A stretch of DNA of 64,000 nucleotides from Rhodopila sp. (GTDB lineage Bacteria; Pseudomonadota; Alphaproteobacteria; Acetobacterales; Acetobacteraceae), in assembly GCA_025355085.1 (NCBI GenBank), contig JANXLQ010000095.1:229-64228 (forward strand), read 5' to 3'. A program made the translations under genes and the position numbers. The notes beneath the pieces were generated by a model. It did no database searches and was not told where the DNA came from. It saw nothing but the letters and a program-made list of their open reading frames with translations. Below, in pieces: positions 39,110 to 49,172 of the stretch; within the stretch, counting starts at the first letter, position 1, and each line of letters begins with the position of its first letter.

Positions 39110-39782
39110 TTTGGCGGATATCCTCTCTCGACTTTCGGCGGTTCTGCCTGAACGTTGGTTCGCCGAACGTAGTCCCAACCTGGAGGCACTTCTGCGATGC
39201 CTCGCAACGCCGTGGGCGTGGCTTTACAGCTTAATCGACTATGTTATCGCGCAAACGCGGATGCAGACCGCTACGGACCAATGGCTCGATCTGATCGCGC
39301 ACGATTACTTTGGTGCAGGTCTAGGTCGTAAAAACAACGAGTCCGATTCTTCCTATCGTGCTCGTATCCAGGGAAAATTACTTCAGGGCGCAGGCACCCG
39401 CACGGCAGTGTCATCAGGATTGACTTATCTGACGGGAACTAAGCCACGTATATTTGAACCGGCGAATTGCATGGATACAGGTTCGTACGGTGCTGCAACC
39501 GGGTCTCCTAATATGCCAGGTTCAGGCTTGGCTTATGGAGTGACCGGCGGTTGGGGCAACCTCAATCTTCCGTTTCAATTTTTCGTTTCAACTGCACATC
39601 CGGCGACGCAAGGAGTGGCCGGGTTAGCGGGTTATGGCACGTCGAGCGGCGGGTATGGCGAAGGTCCAATCAGCTACGTCGATCTCACCGCCCTCCCCGG
39701 ACATGTGACGGATCAAGACATCCAGTTAACGCTTCGTAGCCTCTTGCCGGTCAACGCGGTCGCATGGCTCCGGATTCATTAA
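39099..39782 (+). CDS. baseplate/tail protein, Mu gp48 (DUF2313) / P2 gpI-like
   Basis: 227 aa after the J-like gene, with TATDQWLDLIAHDYFG..SYRARIQ. Confidence 0.55.
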   Translation: MTGDLADILSRLSAVLPERWFAERSPNLEALLRCLATPWAWLYSLIDYVIAQTRMQTATDQWLDLIAHDYFGAGLGRKNNESDSSYRARIQGKLLQGAGTRTAVSSGLTYLTGTKPRIFEPANCMDTGSYGAATGSPNMPGSGLAYGVTGGWGNLNLPFQFFVSTAHPATQGVAGLAGYGTSSGGYGEGPISYVDLTALPGHVTDQDIQLTLRSLLPVNAVAWLRIH

Positions 39783-39809
39783 ATTTATCTGAAGGCGGGG
39801 AAATCCCAT

Positions 39810-41063
39810 ATGGATCGCAACATCGTTTATCCAAGCAGCATTCCGCTTGACACCGACCTCCTCTCCATAAACCGTAACATGATGATCGGCCTCGGCTTTC
39901 TCGCTCAAGCTGTGCTTGGGGCAGGCCCAGCCGTCGATGGATTGGTATGTCAGCCTACCAATCCTGCCTCCATGAATGTGACGATCGGGCCGGGCAGCAT
40001 TACCCAATTGGGTCCAATCGATGTCCTACCCTATGGCTCGATCCCGGCGGACTCCAACGAACTTATAATCAAGATGGGGATCAACACCGGGTCAACCAGC
40101 TTTAGTCTAACGGCACCCGCGAGTGTCGGACAGTCGATCAATTATCTGATTCAGGGTTCTTTTCAAGAGGCCGACGCGACCCCGGTTGTTCTTCCATACT
40201 ATAACGCCAACAATCCGGCGCAGTCGTTCAATGGCCCGTCCAATTCCGGCTCGGCACAAAATACCGTTCGCACCCAACGGGTCCAGTTGCAGATCAAGCC
40301 TGGAGCGCCCGGGAACACGGGAAGCCAAACAACACCTTCGGCAGACAGCAGTTGGCTTCCTCTATATTCCATTACAGTATCATTTGGTCAAACGGCTGTG
40401 ACCGCGGCCAACATCGCGGTCGTTCCGACCGCTCCGTTTTTAACCTGGAAACTGCCATCACTTCGCCCGGGCTTTGGCTCCGGCGTGCAAAGCTTCGTCG
40501 CTGGTGGAAATTTTGTGGTGCCGGCAGGGGTGTCCCAGGTCGAAGTAGAGATTTGGGGCGCCGGGGCGGGCAGCTATGCTTCCGTTCCGGGTTTACCAAG
40601 TGGCGGAGGTGCAGGTGGCGGATATGCCCGAAAATTGGCCGGCGGTCTTATACCTGGTCAATCCGTGCAAGTGACGGTTGGCATCGGAGGGGCAGCCGGC
40701 ACTACCGGAGGGACGGCTGCCGGCGCCGGTGGAACCTCTAATTTCGGTCAGTTTGTAAGTGCTAGTGGGGGGAGTTTGAACTATCTCGCGACCACCTCTG
40801 CACCTGGAAATGGCGCAACCCCACCAGGGATCGGTGTTGGCGGCGATGTGAATTTTGCCGGGTCGGCGGGTCAGGCAGGCATCTACAATCAGGGCGGAAT
40901 GGGCGGTGCATCCCCAATTGGGGGTGCCCAAAACAGCGGGACCACAGGGAACACAGGTAGTTTCCCGGGCGGAGGCGCGGCGGGGGCCGGCACGGGCGGC
41001 ACGGGCAATACGGCTTTCAATGGTGCGGCCGGTGGCGGCGGCCTGGTGGTGGTGCGTTGGTAG
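39810..41063 (+). CDS. tail fibre protein with a C-terminal glycine-rich domain
   Basis: The N-terminus VYPSSIPLDTDLLSINRNMMIGLGFLAQAVLG is a common fibre N-terminal pattern. The C-terminal ~175 aa is Gly-rich and ends GGGLVVVRW. Confidence 0.65.
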   Translation: MDRNIVYPSSIPLDTDLLSINRNMMIGLGFLAQAVLGAGPAVDGLVCQPTNPASMNVTIGPGSITQLGPIDVLPYGSIPADSNELIIKMGINTGSTSFSLTAPASVGQSINYLIQGSFQEADATPVVLPYYNANNPAQSFNGPSNSGSAQNTVRTQRVQLQIKPGAPGNTGSQTTPSADSSWLPLYSITVSFGQTAVTAANIAVVPTAPFLTWKLPSLRPGFGSGVQSFVAGGNFVVPAGVSQVEVEIWGAGAGSYASVPGLPSGGGAGGGYARKLAGGLIPGQSVQVTVGIGGAAGTTGGTAAGAGGTSNFGQFVSASGGSLNYLATTSAPGNGATPPGIGVGGDVNFAGSAGQAGIYNQGGMGGASPIGGAQNSGTTGNTGSFPGGGAAGAGTGGTGNTAFNGAAGGGGLVVVRW

Positions 41064-41217
41064 CCAAAGCCTTACCGCACGCCTTCCAACCGCCTGCCGG
41101 TTGCAAAGGGCTTTAGGCTCCACAACTTGCCGGGCCGGGAATGCCAGGTTCTGGATACGGAGTTCTTTTTCCGAAGACACCCCATTCCTTATACGTTTTA
41201 TTTGGAAAGAAATATGT

Positions 41218-41703
41218 ATGTCCGTAACCGTCACCCATGTCTGGAAACCAAGTAATGCCAGATTAGTAACTGTTGATTCCTTTATTCCCGTGCCGCGGGG
41301 TGCAACGGCATTGGCGCCCCATCCGCTGAACTGGCCAGCCAAGGACCCCGGCGATATCCTGGATTATATTTTGGATATCGCTCCCGCGATCGTGGGTAAC
41401 GACGGCGACGGGATTGCGACCCTGGACGTGAGTATAACGCCGTCCAGTCCCGGGGATCTGACGCTTCAAAGTGCGACAGCGGACGGAAGCCGGATCATAT
41501 TATGGCTTTCCGGGGGCCAACCCGATACTATATACACGATTGGTTGTGCAGTAACCACCGTGAACGGCCGTTCGCTGCAAAGAAGCGTTCTGCTACCCGT
41601 TCTTCTCCTGTCCGTCCCATTGGTTCCGGCGAACGCGCTGTTGACGGCTGCGGGCGTAGTCCTAACAGACCAGAATGGAAATCCGGTCCTGTCGGCCAAT
41701 TGA
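41218..41703 (+). CDS. hypothetical fibre-associated protein
   Basis: 161 aa from ATG 41218. The upstream part of ORF 40855..41703 overlaps the fibre gene out of frame. It contains LNWPAKDPGDILDYILD. Confidence 0.35.
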   Translation: MSVTVTHVWKPSNARLVTVDSFIPVPRGATALAPHPLNWPAKDPGDILDYILDIAPAIVGNDGDGIATLDVSITPSSPGDLTLQSATADGSRIILWLSGGQPDTIYTIGCAVTTVNGRSLQRSVLLPVLLLSVPLVPANALLTAAGVVLTDQNGNPVLSAN

Positions 41704-41802
41704 TAACAATTACTTCGCTACACAGTATTCTTCCAAGTAAAATTACCCATCATTAGGATCAGGCCCTTTTCGAGATCAGAGGGACCGGAGAATAAAATAT
41801 TC

Positions 41803-44800
41803 ATGCCCACGATTGACGAGCTTTCTCCCGCGACATCCGCGTCCGACACCGACGAATTTATTGTCACCCAATCCGGTATCGCTCGCAAGATTACACGCGC
41901 GCAGATATTGAATGGGGTTCAAACTCAATTGGCCGTGCCGGCAGGATCGTTGCTGGGCGGGGGGGGCACCGGGGTGGGTGCTCCGGTTGTCATAACGGTA
42001 GGTCAGAACCTCAGTTTCAATGGCTCCACTCTATCCGCCACCGCTGCGCCGTTCGTCGTTAATGCTCTGCCGCCGGGCAACGTTCCAGCGGCTGGCGATC
42101 TTATTTCGATGTCCCAGGCAGGAACCGGTGTAGCCGTAACGTATGGGCAACTCCTGAACGGGATCTCCGGTGTTCCAAACATCGACCTGTCGCAGGCCGT
42201 GGTGACACCAACCGGTTCCCATAGCGCCCAGACGCTGGGTCGATTGACCGCTAGTATGGTGCCGCTGTCGGGCGGCACTTTGACCGGTAGCTTAACGCTT
42301 GCGGGGGCGCCGGCCGCATCGGGGCAGGCAGCAAACAAGGCTTATGTAGATCAACAGCTTACCTCCAGGTTACCCCTTTCCGGGGGATCGATGTCCGGAA
42401 TGCTGACCCTTGCGGGATCACCTCAATTTCCCCTGGATTCAGCGACAAAAGCCTATGCCGACGCGATCGGCGCCAATCTTCTGGCAAATTCCGGAGGCTC
42501 CCTTTCGGGCCCTCTACTTCTCAGCGCGGACCCTACTGTTTCACTTCAGGCATCCACCAAACACTATTCTGATCTAAAACTGGCCCGCACCGGCGATACT
42601 TTATCAGGCATCCTGACCCTGGCCGGAGATCCTGTGGCGCCGTTCCAGGCAGCCACGAAAAATTACGTCGATGCACAGACTTCCGCGTACCTGCCTAAAA
42701 TCGGCGGGACTATGCTTGGAACACTGAGCCTGGCAACCGATCCTATCGCGAGTGCTCAGGCGGCAACCAAACAATACGTCGATCAGCGCATACTGCGTAC
42801 CGGCGACACGCTTACCGGCGCTCTCATTCTTGGGTCCGATCCTGTCGTGGCGCCACAGGCCTCCACAAAGAATTATGTGGACATCCAAACTGCCCGCTCG
42901 ATGATGCGCAACGGATCATCGATGACCGGTGCACTGTTGTTGACGTCCGATCCGGCCGTAGCACTGCAAGCAAGCACCAAACAATACGTCGATTTACGCC
43001 TAAGTCGAAACGGCGACACACTGACCGGGGCACTCTATCTTGCAGGCGACCCAACGGCTCCTTTGCAGGCGGCTACAAAACAATATATCGATACTCAATT
43101 CGCACATACGCTGACCGCCACTGGCGCGACATTTTCTGGTGCGGTTGTGCTGGCGGCAGATCCGGTCGCGGCAACGCAAGCGGCGACAAAGCAATATGTC
43201 GATGCCAGAATTTCGCGTAGCGGGGACACGCTGACTGGTTCCCTCATACTGGCGTCCGATCCGGTAGCAGCCTCCCAGGCCGCGACAAAGAGTTACGTCG
43301 ATATCCAATTTTCGTCCTCGTTGGCTCGTTCTGGCGGTAGCATGGTGGGGGCGCTGGCTCTCGCGGCGGACCCGAGCATTCCCGGGCAGGCCGCGACGAA
43401 ACGGTATGTGGATAGTCAGGTTGCCACTGCGTTGCCAAATACAGGCGGTTCGTTGACCGGCTTCTTGTCCCTTGCGACTGCACCAACGGCCGCGCCGCAC
43501 GCCGCCACGAAACAATACGTGGATGGGCAGGTGGCAACCGCATTGGCTCTGGCTGGAGGTGCCCTGACCGGAACGCTAACGCTTGCCGGCCCGCCCACCT
43601 TGCCTTTACAGGCAGCAACAAAGGCATACGTCGATGCCAATCCGGATCGCGCCGGGGTCATCAATATTACGATGCCCCCTTATAACGCAAAGCTCGATGG
43701 CATAACGGACGACACCGCTGCTTTCAAAGCCGCTTACCTGGCCGCTGCCGCCGGTTCCACGATCTACGTGCCTCATGGAACCACGGTGGTGCAACAACCA
43801 GGGACCTGGGGAATCGCCCTTACCAAACGGGTAAAGTGGAGTGTTGACGGCACGGTTCTATCCGATGGGACGCCTCTTGCCGCAGCCATTCCCACGGGGG
43901 GTGCCCCGGTTGCCTTCGTGTTGCCTGGCTTCGTTGCCGGCAATACGCCGTCGGGCCAGACCACGTCGCAAGGCGCGTCGCAGGCATCCGATTTTGCGGT
44001 CAACCAATCGTCCTACATCGTTAATCATAGCGGGGGAGCAAACGGGACGGTCATCACGAATGTCCGCGCCGATACGATTATCTACAGCAGCCCCGGCAAC
44101 TATGTTTGGGGAGGGCTGGACCGGTTGATCTGGGTGGGGACACAAACCCCCTCGGCCGCCACCCCGGCTCAACATGTGGGGCGCTACATCCAGACACTTC
44201 GGCAATCGGCAACGGCCGGATCTAATGGTCAGTTTCTACCGCAACCGCAACTCTGGGGTGCCTGTATCGAATACAGGGACACAACGGGGCAACCATCCAG
44301 CGTAACAAACGCATCCCTCACAATAGAGATGGACTGGTTTGGCAACGGGCTGGACGACGCCAACTCCCGGACCATCCAAAGCCTGGTGATCGGGCAACAC
44401 AACACAGCCGGCCCCCCCGTCGAGGTATCGAACATCATTGGGGTCTATCTTAGCGCGGGATCAGCCGGAAGCGCGAAAACAGTATTCGGCATCGGCGTCC
44501 CGTTTTCAAATGCGGTATTAGACTCTACTTACGCCCAGGCAATCAACAACGCGCCCGTTATTAAAATGTCGGCGGGGCAGGCGATCGCTTTTGAGGGAAC
44601 CAACAGCAACCGGCTGGCATATGACACTCCGTCTAATACACTGTGGTGGCATCAGGGTTCCTTATCTTATCCCGTCGGCAAGGGTATTTCGGTCGGCTGG
44701 GGGCAAGTATATTCAAGCTCCGTCACCATTCCAAATTACATATCGGGGCAAATCATTTTCCTGGTCGGCTCATCCGATTTTACCGTGACGTTGCCCGCCG

Positions 44801-45186
44801 CTAACACCGTTGCGGCCGGAACCGGATTCACATTCTCAGCAATCGGAAACTGTACAGTACATATCGTCCCGCACGGCAGTGACGAGATCCAATCCGGGCC
44901 AATTGTTCTCCACATCAACGACCGCTACCATATCATTTCGGATGGCGGCACATTTTGGCATGAGCTTTTTTGGACGAACACTGTTTCACCTCGGTTTTTG
45001 GGTCCAATCGTCTTGCCCTCCTATGCAGTGGGGGCGCTTCCAACGGGCGTAACAGCAGGCGCGAAGGCTTTCGCATCCAACGGAAGAAAGCCGGGAGAAG
45101 GGGCTGGTGCAGGAACTGGAGTCGAAGCCTTCTTCGATGGTCAGAGATGGATTTCTTCTTGTAGCGGCACCTCCGCCGCGTCATAG
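41803..45186 (+). CDS. large tail fibre/tailspike: repeat shaft plus pectate-lyase-like beta-helix domain
   Basis: 1127 aa. 13 copies of an ATKxYVD..(L)SGG(T)LTG.L.LA.DP repeat, then INITMPPYNAKLDGITDDTAAFKAAYLAAAAGSTIYVPHGT, the typical start of a right-handed beta-helix glycanase domain. Confidence 0.7.
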   Translation: MPTIDELSPATSASDTDEFIVTQSGIARKITRAQILNGVQTQLAVPAGSLLGGGGTGVGAPVVITVGQNLSFNGSTLSATAAPFVVNALPPGNVPAAGDLISMSQAGTGVAVTYGQLLNGISGVPNIDLSQAVVTPTGSHSAQTLGRLTASMVPLSGGTLTGSLTLAGAPAASGQAANKAYVDQQLTSRLPLSGGSMSGMLTLAGSPQFPLDSATKAYADAIGANLLANSGGSLSGPLLLSADPTVSLQASTKHYSDLKLARTGDTLSGILTLAGDPVAPFQAATKNYVDAQTSAYLPKIGGTMLGTLSLATDPIASAQAATKQYVDQRILRTGDTLTGALILGSDPVVAPQASTKNYVDIQTARSMMRNGSSMTGALLLTSDPAVALQASTKQYVDLRLSRNGDTLTGALYLAGDPTAPLQAATKQYIDTQFAHTLTATGATFSGAVVLAADPVAATQAATKQYVDARISRSGDTLTGSLILASDPVAASQAATKSYVDIQFSSSLARSGGSMVGALALAADPSIPGQAATKRYVDSQVATALPNTGGSLTGFLSLATAPTAAPHAATKQYVDGQVATALALAGGALTGTLTLAGPPTLPLQAATKAYVDANPDRAGVINITMPPYNAKLDGITDDTAAFKAAYLAAAAGSTIYVPHGTTVVQQPGTWGIALTKRVKWSVDGTVLSDGTPLAAAIPTGGAPVAFVLPGFVAGNTPSGQTTSQGASQASDFAVNQSSYIVNHSGGANGTVITNVRADTIIYSSPGNYVWGGLDRLIWVGTQTPSAATPAQHVGRYIQTLRQSATAGSNGQFLPQPQLWGACIEYRDTTGQPSSVTNASLTIEMDWFGNGLDDANSRTIQSLVIGQHNTAGPPVEVSNIIGVYLSAGSAGSAKTVFGIGVPFSNAVLDSTYAQAINNAPVIKMSAGQAIAFEGTNSNRLAYDTPSNTLWWHQGSLSYPVGKGISVGWGQVYSSSVTIPNYISGQIIFLVGSSDFTVTLPAANTVAAGTGFTFSAIGNCTVHIVPHGSDEIQSGPIVLHINDRYHIISDGGTFWHELFWTNTVSPRFLGPIVLPSYAVGALPTGVTAGAKAFASNGRKPGEGAGAGTGVEAFFDGQRWISSCSGTSAAS
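42262..43638 (+). repeat. 13 tandem coding repeats, period about 33-37 aa, in the fibre shaft
   Basis: The (A/S)TKxY(V/A/S)D motif recurs at residues ~178, 214, 251, 284, 321, 353, 391, 424, 461, 494, 531, 568 and 605. The copies are diverged at the DNA level. Confidence 0.8.
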
Positions 45187-45230
45187 CGGGATTACCGTCA
45201 TTGCGCCATCTTTTTGATTTGAGAGCATAA

Positions 45231-47096
45231 ATGCCAACTATTTCCCAACTGCCGGCGGCGAGTCCTGTCTCGGCAGCCGATGAGGTTCCGATCAGTCAGG
45301 CCGGCACAGCCCGAGCGACATCGGTTGGGGCACTGCTCGCCTCAATGCAACCTGCTATTATTGTGAAATCCCCATCTCTACTTGGAAGGACAAGTGTTGG
45401 GTCAGGGGGGCCGGAACAGGTCCATGTGGGCTTGGGCATGACGATATCAGGCGGAACGTTGGTTGCGGATGGGTTAGATCATGCGGCATTCCCGGCGATA
45501 CCAAATTTCACCGCAGGGTCCGATTTGGTGATTTCCAACCATGGCCATCCGATGCTCATGCCGGCATCCTTGCTGCGCGGACTATTCTCGGCGGGTCCGA
45601 ACGTCACCATCGATTCGAACGGCGTTATATCCGCGACGGCGGCGATTTCGACCGGCGGGACTGCCACTGCGGTAAGTTCCATAGGCGCACTGCCGGTCCT
45701 TATGTCCATGGCGTCGCAGGATCTGGTTGCTGTCAATCATGCTGGTTCGGACCGCGCAATCACCTACAGTAATCTGCTTGGCGGGGTGACAATCGATCAG
45801 GCCCAGGCTGCGGGGGCGGCAGGTGACACCGACACCATCTGGGTCGCACAAGGCAGCAATGTCATGACCGGTCAATCTTTTGGCGCAATATGGATTTGGA
45901 TAGCCGGCAAACTTCCAACCTATAAATCCCAGATCGTCGAAATTACAACCAACACGACACTTGATACGACAGTCCATAATGGGCGAATGCTCATTTGCAG
46001 CCAGCCCGTCACACTGACCTCCCTCACCAATAACATGGGAAGCGGGTTTTGTTGTACCGTCATCAATGCAAGTTCGGGAAACATCAATCTAAGCGCCGGC
46101 TTCATAAGCTCCAATGGCAGCTATCTTTTGGCGCCTTGGCAATCCGCGGCCCTGTCTTGTGTTACCTATTCAGGCGGAACGATTGCCTTTGCGGCCATGC
46201 CCGGGGTGAATTCGGTCACCTCGGCACCCGGCCAGGTGATCGGGCTCTCCGGTTCGAATACAACGTCCACCACAATCACCGTGTCTTGGCAGATACCGTC
46301 GAACGGCGGTGCCGTCACGTCCTACATCGTTCATTTTCGTCCAACCGGGTCAACAATTTGGACCAGCAGCGCACCGGTTATCAGTGCAACAACATATCCA
46401 ATTGCTGCTCTGCAAGCCTCCACAAGCTATGATATTTTTGTCGAAGCGCAGAATGCGAGTGGTCTAGGGGCCGCTTCCGCGGTTGTCGCCGTCGTGACGA
46501 TGAGCGCCGCATCGGCGGTACCTTTACAGATCAGCGGACTTACCGCGACACCGATTTCCAGCAGTATCGTTCAGCTAACTTGGTCCGCCCAGACCGGGGC
46601 GGCCGCAGCTACAAGCTTTACCGCCCAATATCGGGTGACTGGCTCCTCCGTTTGGGCATCTGTCACGGCTATCACGGGTGCCGTGCAAACCATTTCCGGG
46701 CTACAACCCTCCACAAGCTACGACTTCTCAGTGATTGGCATCAATTCGGCTGGTGCGGGTCCGGCATCGCCAACCATTACGACTGCCACGCCAGGTGCGT
46801 CGGGTTCGGTGAACTCGATTACCTGGAACGTCGCGCCCAGCGGGAGCTATATCCACGCAAGCGGGGCCATTGGGATCAATGCCCATGTTTCGCCAGCGAC
46901 ATCGCCAGTCCAATTTGGCTTTTCACTTTCATCCACGACACCGCCAACCAGTTGGACTACGGCTCAGCTTGTCAATACCGATCTCTGGGGTGCCTATGTG
47001 GCAACCCCAGCAACTGCGGGAGCGTGGTTCGCGTGGGCGGAAGGACTCGACGGCAGCGCTCCAACGGTCAGCCCCAGCTCCTTTGTGGTGCAATAG
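45231..47096 (+). CDS. second fibre / receptor-binding protein with two fibronectin type III domains
   Basis: The N-terminus MPTISQLPAASPVSAADEVPISQAG is paralogous to the 41803 N-terminus. FN3 units are TITVSWQIPSNGGAVTSYIVHFRPTGS..STSYDIFVEAQNASGLG and VQLTWSAQ..FTAQYRVTGSS..STSYDFSVIGINSAGAG. Confidence 0.6.
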   Translation: MPTISQLPAASPVSAADEVPISQAGTARATSVGALLASMQPAIIVKSPSLLGRTSVGSGGPEQVHVGLGMTISGGTLVADGLDHAAFPAIPNFTAGSDLVISNHGHPMLMPASLLRGLFSAGPNVTIDSNGVISATAAISTGGTATAVSSIGALPVLMSMASQDLVAVNHAGSDRAITYSNLLGGVTIDQAQAAGAAGDTDTIWVAQGSNVMTGQSFGAIWIWIAGKLPTYKSQIVEITTNTTLDTTVHNGRMLICSQPVTLTSLTNNMGSGFCCTVINASSGNINLSAGFISSNGSYLLAPWQSAALSCVTYSGGTIAFAAMPGVNSVTSAPGQVIGLSGSNTTSTTITVSWQIPSNGGAVTSYIVHFRPTGSTIWTSSAPVISATTYPIAALQASTSYDIFVEAQNASGLGAASAVVAVVTMSAASAVPLQISGLTATPISSSIVQLTWSAQTGAAAATSFTAQYRVTGSSVWASVTAITGAVQTISGLQPSTSYDFSVIGINSAGAGPASPTITTATPGASGSVNSITWNVAPSGSYIHASGAIGINAHVSPATSPVQFGFSLSSTTPPTSWTTAQLVNTDLWGAYVATPATAGAWFAWAEGLDGSAPTVSPSSFVVQ

Positions 47097-47099
47097 ATA

Positions 47100-49172
47100 A
47101 TGAGCCTTGTGTTCGTCCGGCCCGGTCACCCCATGGGGGTTGGCGGGAATTTTCTGGCACTTTACCAGCCCCTTACAACTGGGGCCACTTTGCCCGGGAC
47201 AGGGCAATCGCTGATCCAGGCCGTTTCCGGGACATCGGGCTGGTGGGACGCCAGTACTCCAGACGGTCTTCTCGGGCCGGGAAGCACGACCGCATCGGTG
47301 TGGAACGCGCCGGGTAGTGCGCTGATCGATCTGTCCGGAAACGGTCACAATCTTGTCCCGCTTCTTAGCCCGGCAAGTTCAAACCTGCCCCGGGGATCGC
47401 CGCATCTGTCGGGACTACTTGGCGGCGCGGGATACCCTGTGGGGTCTGCCGGTTTGCTGCAGCCGGCATTGGATCCCGCAGGTGGATGGCAATTGCCCGG
47501 ATCGACACCAAACGCCACGACGAGTTGGACATGGTATCTGGTTTGGTCGCGCCCCAACTGGCGGCAGGGTACCAGCTTCGACGCCAATCCGATCACTCTG
47601 CTCACGATGGGCTCCCGCGCGATCCTACAGGTGGACAGCAAGGGCGGCTCCAACAGGCTTGTGCTCTTTCCCGGTCCCGGCCAGGTCGTCGTTAATTCAA
47701 CCATGGCGCGGCGTCACACGCACTCCATCATCATTCGTTATTCACCGATATCGGGTGCCGGCCTCTGGCTCGATAACGTCCGTGTTGCAGAATCGATACA
47801 CTGGGCGCCAGCGCCCCTGTCCGGCCCGGTCGTTATATTGCACGATGGCACGTCGCTCGGCGCGGCCCAATGTTGGCTGCACGAGGCTGCGGAATGGAAC
47901 CGAGCACTGTCGGATGCGGAGGTCGCGTTGGTCGCGAGCTATGCGCAGCGTTGGGTTCGCGGGGCTCGCAAAGGGATATACTTCATCGTCAACGGACAGT
48001 CGAATGCCATCAACTATACTTTAAACGACGGCGCCGCCGCGCTGCTGGCGCGGGGCGTGGCCTGGCATCTGGGTGCATTGGCTTACAATGTATTGGCCAC
48101 CACCGGAAACGCAATGAATTTCACGATGCAGAGCGGCCACGGCATCTATGCGGGGGCAAGTTCGGGCTATCCAGGCAGTTTTGTAATGGACCCGGGAAAC
48201 GGATCAAATCCTGCGGGTTGGTCCTTGGGTGCGGACGGGCTGGCGGTGCAACAGGCCGTGGCCGGTCTTCCCGCCGAGGATGTAACGGATATCTGCGCGA
48301 TTATCTGGCCGTGGAACGAAACCGATAGTCTTCGTCAATACAACGAGGCCGCCACCTTTCAGGCCGCTGCACTTCGCTATTTGTCCCTGCTTCGCGCCAT
48401 GATCGGGGATACGAGCAATCGTATTCCACTGGTCTGGTGGAACGCCATACCGTACGGGTCCGCCGATGGGATCACGATGCACCGGCAAATCGTTCACGAC
48501 ATCGCATCGAACTCCGCGACAAACGTTGTCATCGGCAATCCTCAAACCAGTGACAGCAATCCTCGCGGTTCATCCTGGAACCCGACAACCGGCATTGCGA
48601 CCGGCGGAGACTCCGCACACCGAGACATCGCCGACAACCAGAGGTTTGCGATGCTGGCGGCCCCGGTCGTTGCCCGAACGCTTCTGGCCGGCAACTATGG
48701 AGACTCAATATCGGCCATACCCGATGCTGTACCGAAAGTCGGCGGCCCGTTCATCACACATGTCTATAGACAATCCAGCACCATATTGATTGTCACCGTC
48801 GTTCACGATGGCGGAAATGATCTAAGAGTGCCGCTGCAAGCCGCAGCCGGTCTCGGCTTCGCCGTGATGGATGGAGGCACCCCGGGTAGTGACGGACCAA
48901 TCGTCTCCGCGATTACCTGTCAACGCCTGGATGGCACTCATCTACAAATCGTTTTGGATAGCGCGCTGCAACACGCATCCGGTGCATGCCAATTGTTTTA
49001 CCCCTTTGGTTCGGTGCAAATTGGGCGCGGCAATGCGGTGACCGACAACTTCTCGGCAATGACCATGCCGACCGGCTGGAATATCCACAGCGACCTCGGA
49101 ACAAGTTGGAACCTCGACTGCCCGCTTGCTGCAACCTTCTCAGGGATACCCTTATCGGATTCGCCGACCTGA
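47100..49172 (+). CDS. LamG-like plus SGNH/sialate-O-acetylesterase-like protein (putative virion-associated glycan esterase)
   Basis: GIYFIVNGQSNAINY (GQSN nucleophile block) and GGDSAHRD (DxxH block). The N-terminal ~270 aa is lectin/LamG-like (weak call). Confidence 0.5.
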   Translation: MSLVFVRPGHPMGVGGNFLALYQPLTTGATLPGTGQSLIQAVSGTSGWWDASTPDGLLGPGSTTASVWNAPGSALIDLSGNGHNLVPLLSPASSNLPRGSPHLSGLLGGAGYPVGSAGLLQPALDPAGGWQLPGSTPNATTSWTWYLVWSRPNWRQGTSFDANPITLLTMGSRAILQVDSKGGSNRLVLFPGPGQVVVNSTMARRHTHSIIIRYSPISGAGLWLDNVRVAESIHWAPAPLSGPVVILHDGTSLGAAQCWLHEAAEWNRALSDAEVALVASYAQRWVRGARKGIYFIVNGQSNAINYTLNDGAAALLARGVAWHLGALAYNVLATTGNAMNFTMQSGHGIYAGASSGYPGSFVMDPGNGSNPAGWSLGADGLAVQQAVAGLPAEDVTDICAIIWPWNETDSLRQYNEAATFQAAALRYLSLLRAMIGDTSNRIPLVWWNAIPYGSADGITMHRQIVHDIASNSATNVVIGNPQTSDSNPRGSSWNPTTGIATGGDSAHRDIADNQRFAMLAAPVVARTLLAGNYGDSISAIPDAVPKVGGPFITHVYRQSSTILIVTVVHDGGNDLRVPLQAAAGLGFAVMDGGTPGSDGPIVSAITCQRLDGTHLQIVLDSALQHASGACQLFYPFGSVQIGRGNAVTDNFSAMTMPTGWNIHSDLGTSWNLDCPLAATFSGIPLSDSPT

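Noticed and set aside
40593-41342. 249-aa - strand ORF, and the 5' part of + ORF 40855..41703
   Set aside because: These are artefacts of the glycine-rich (GGN-rich) coding region of the fibre gene, which keeps other frames open.
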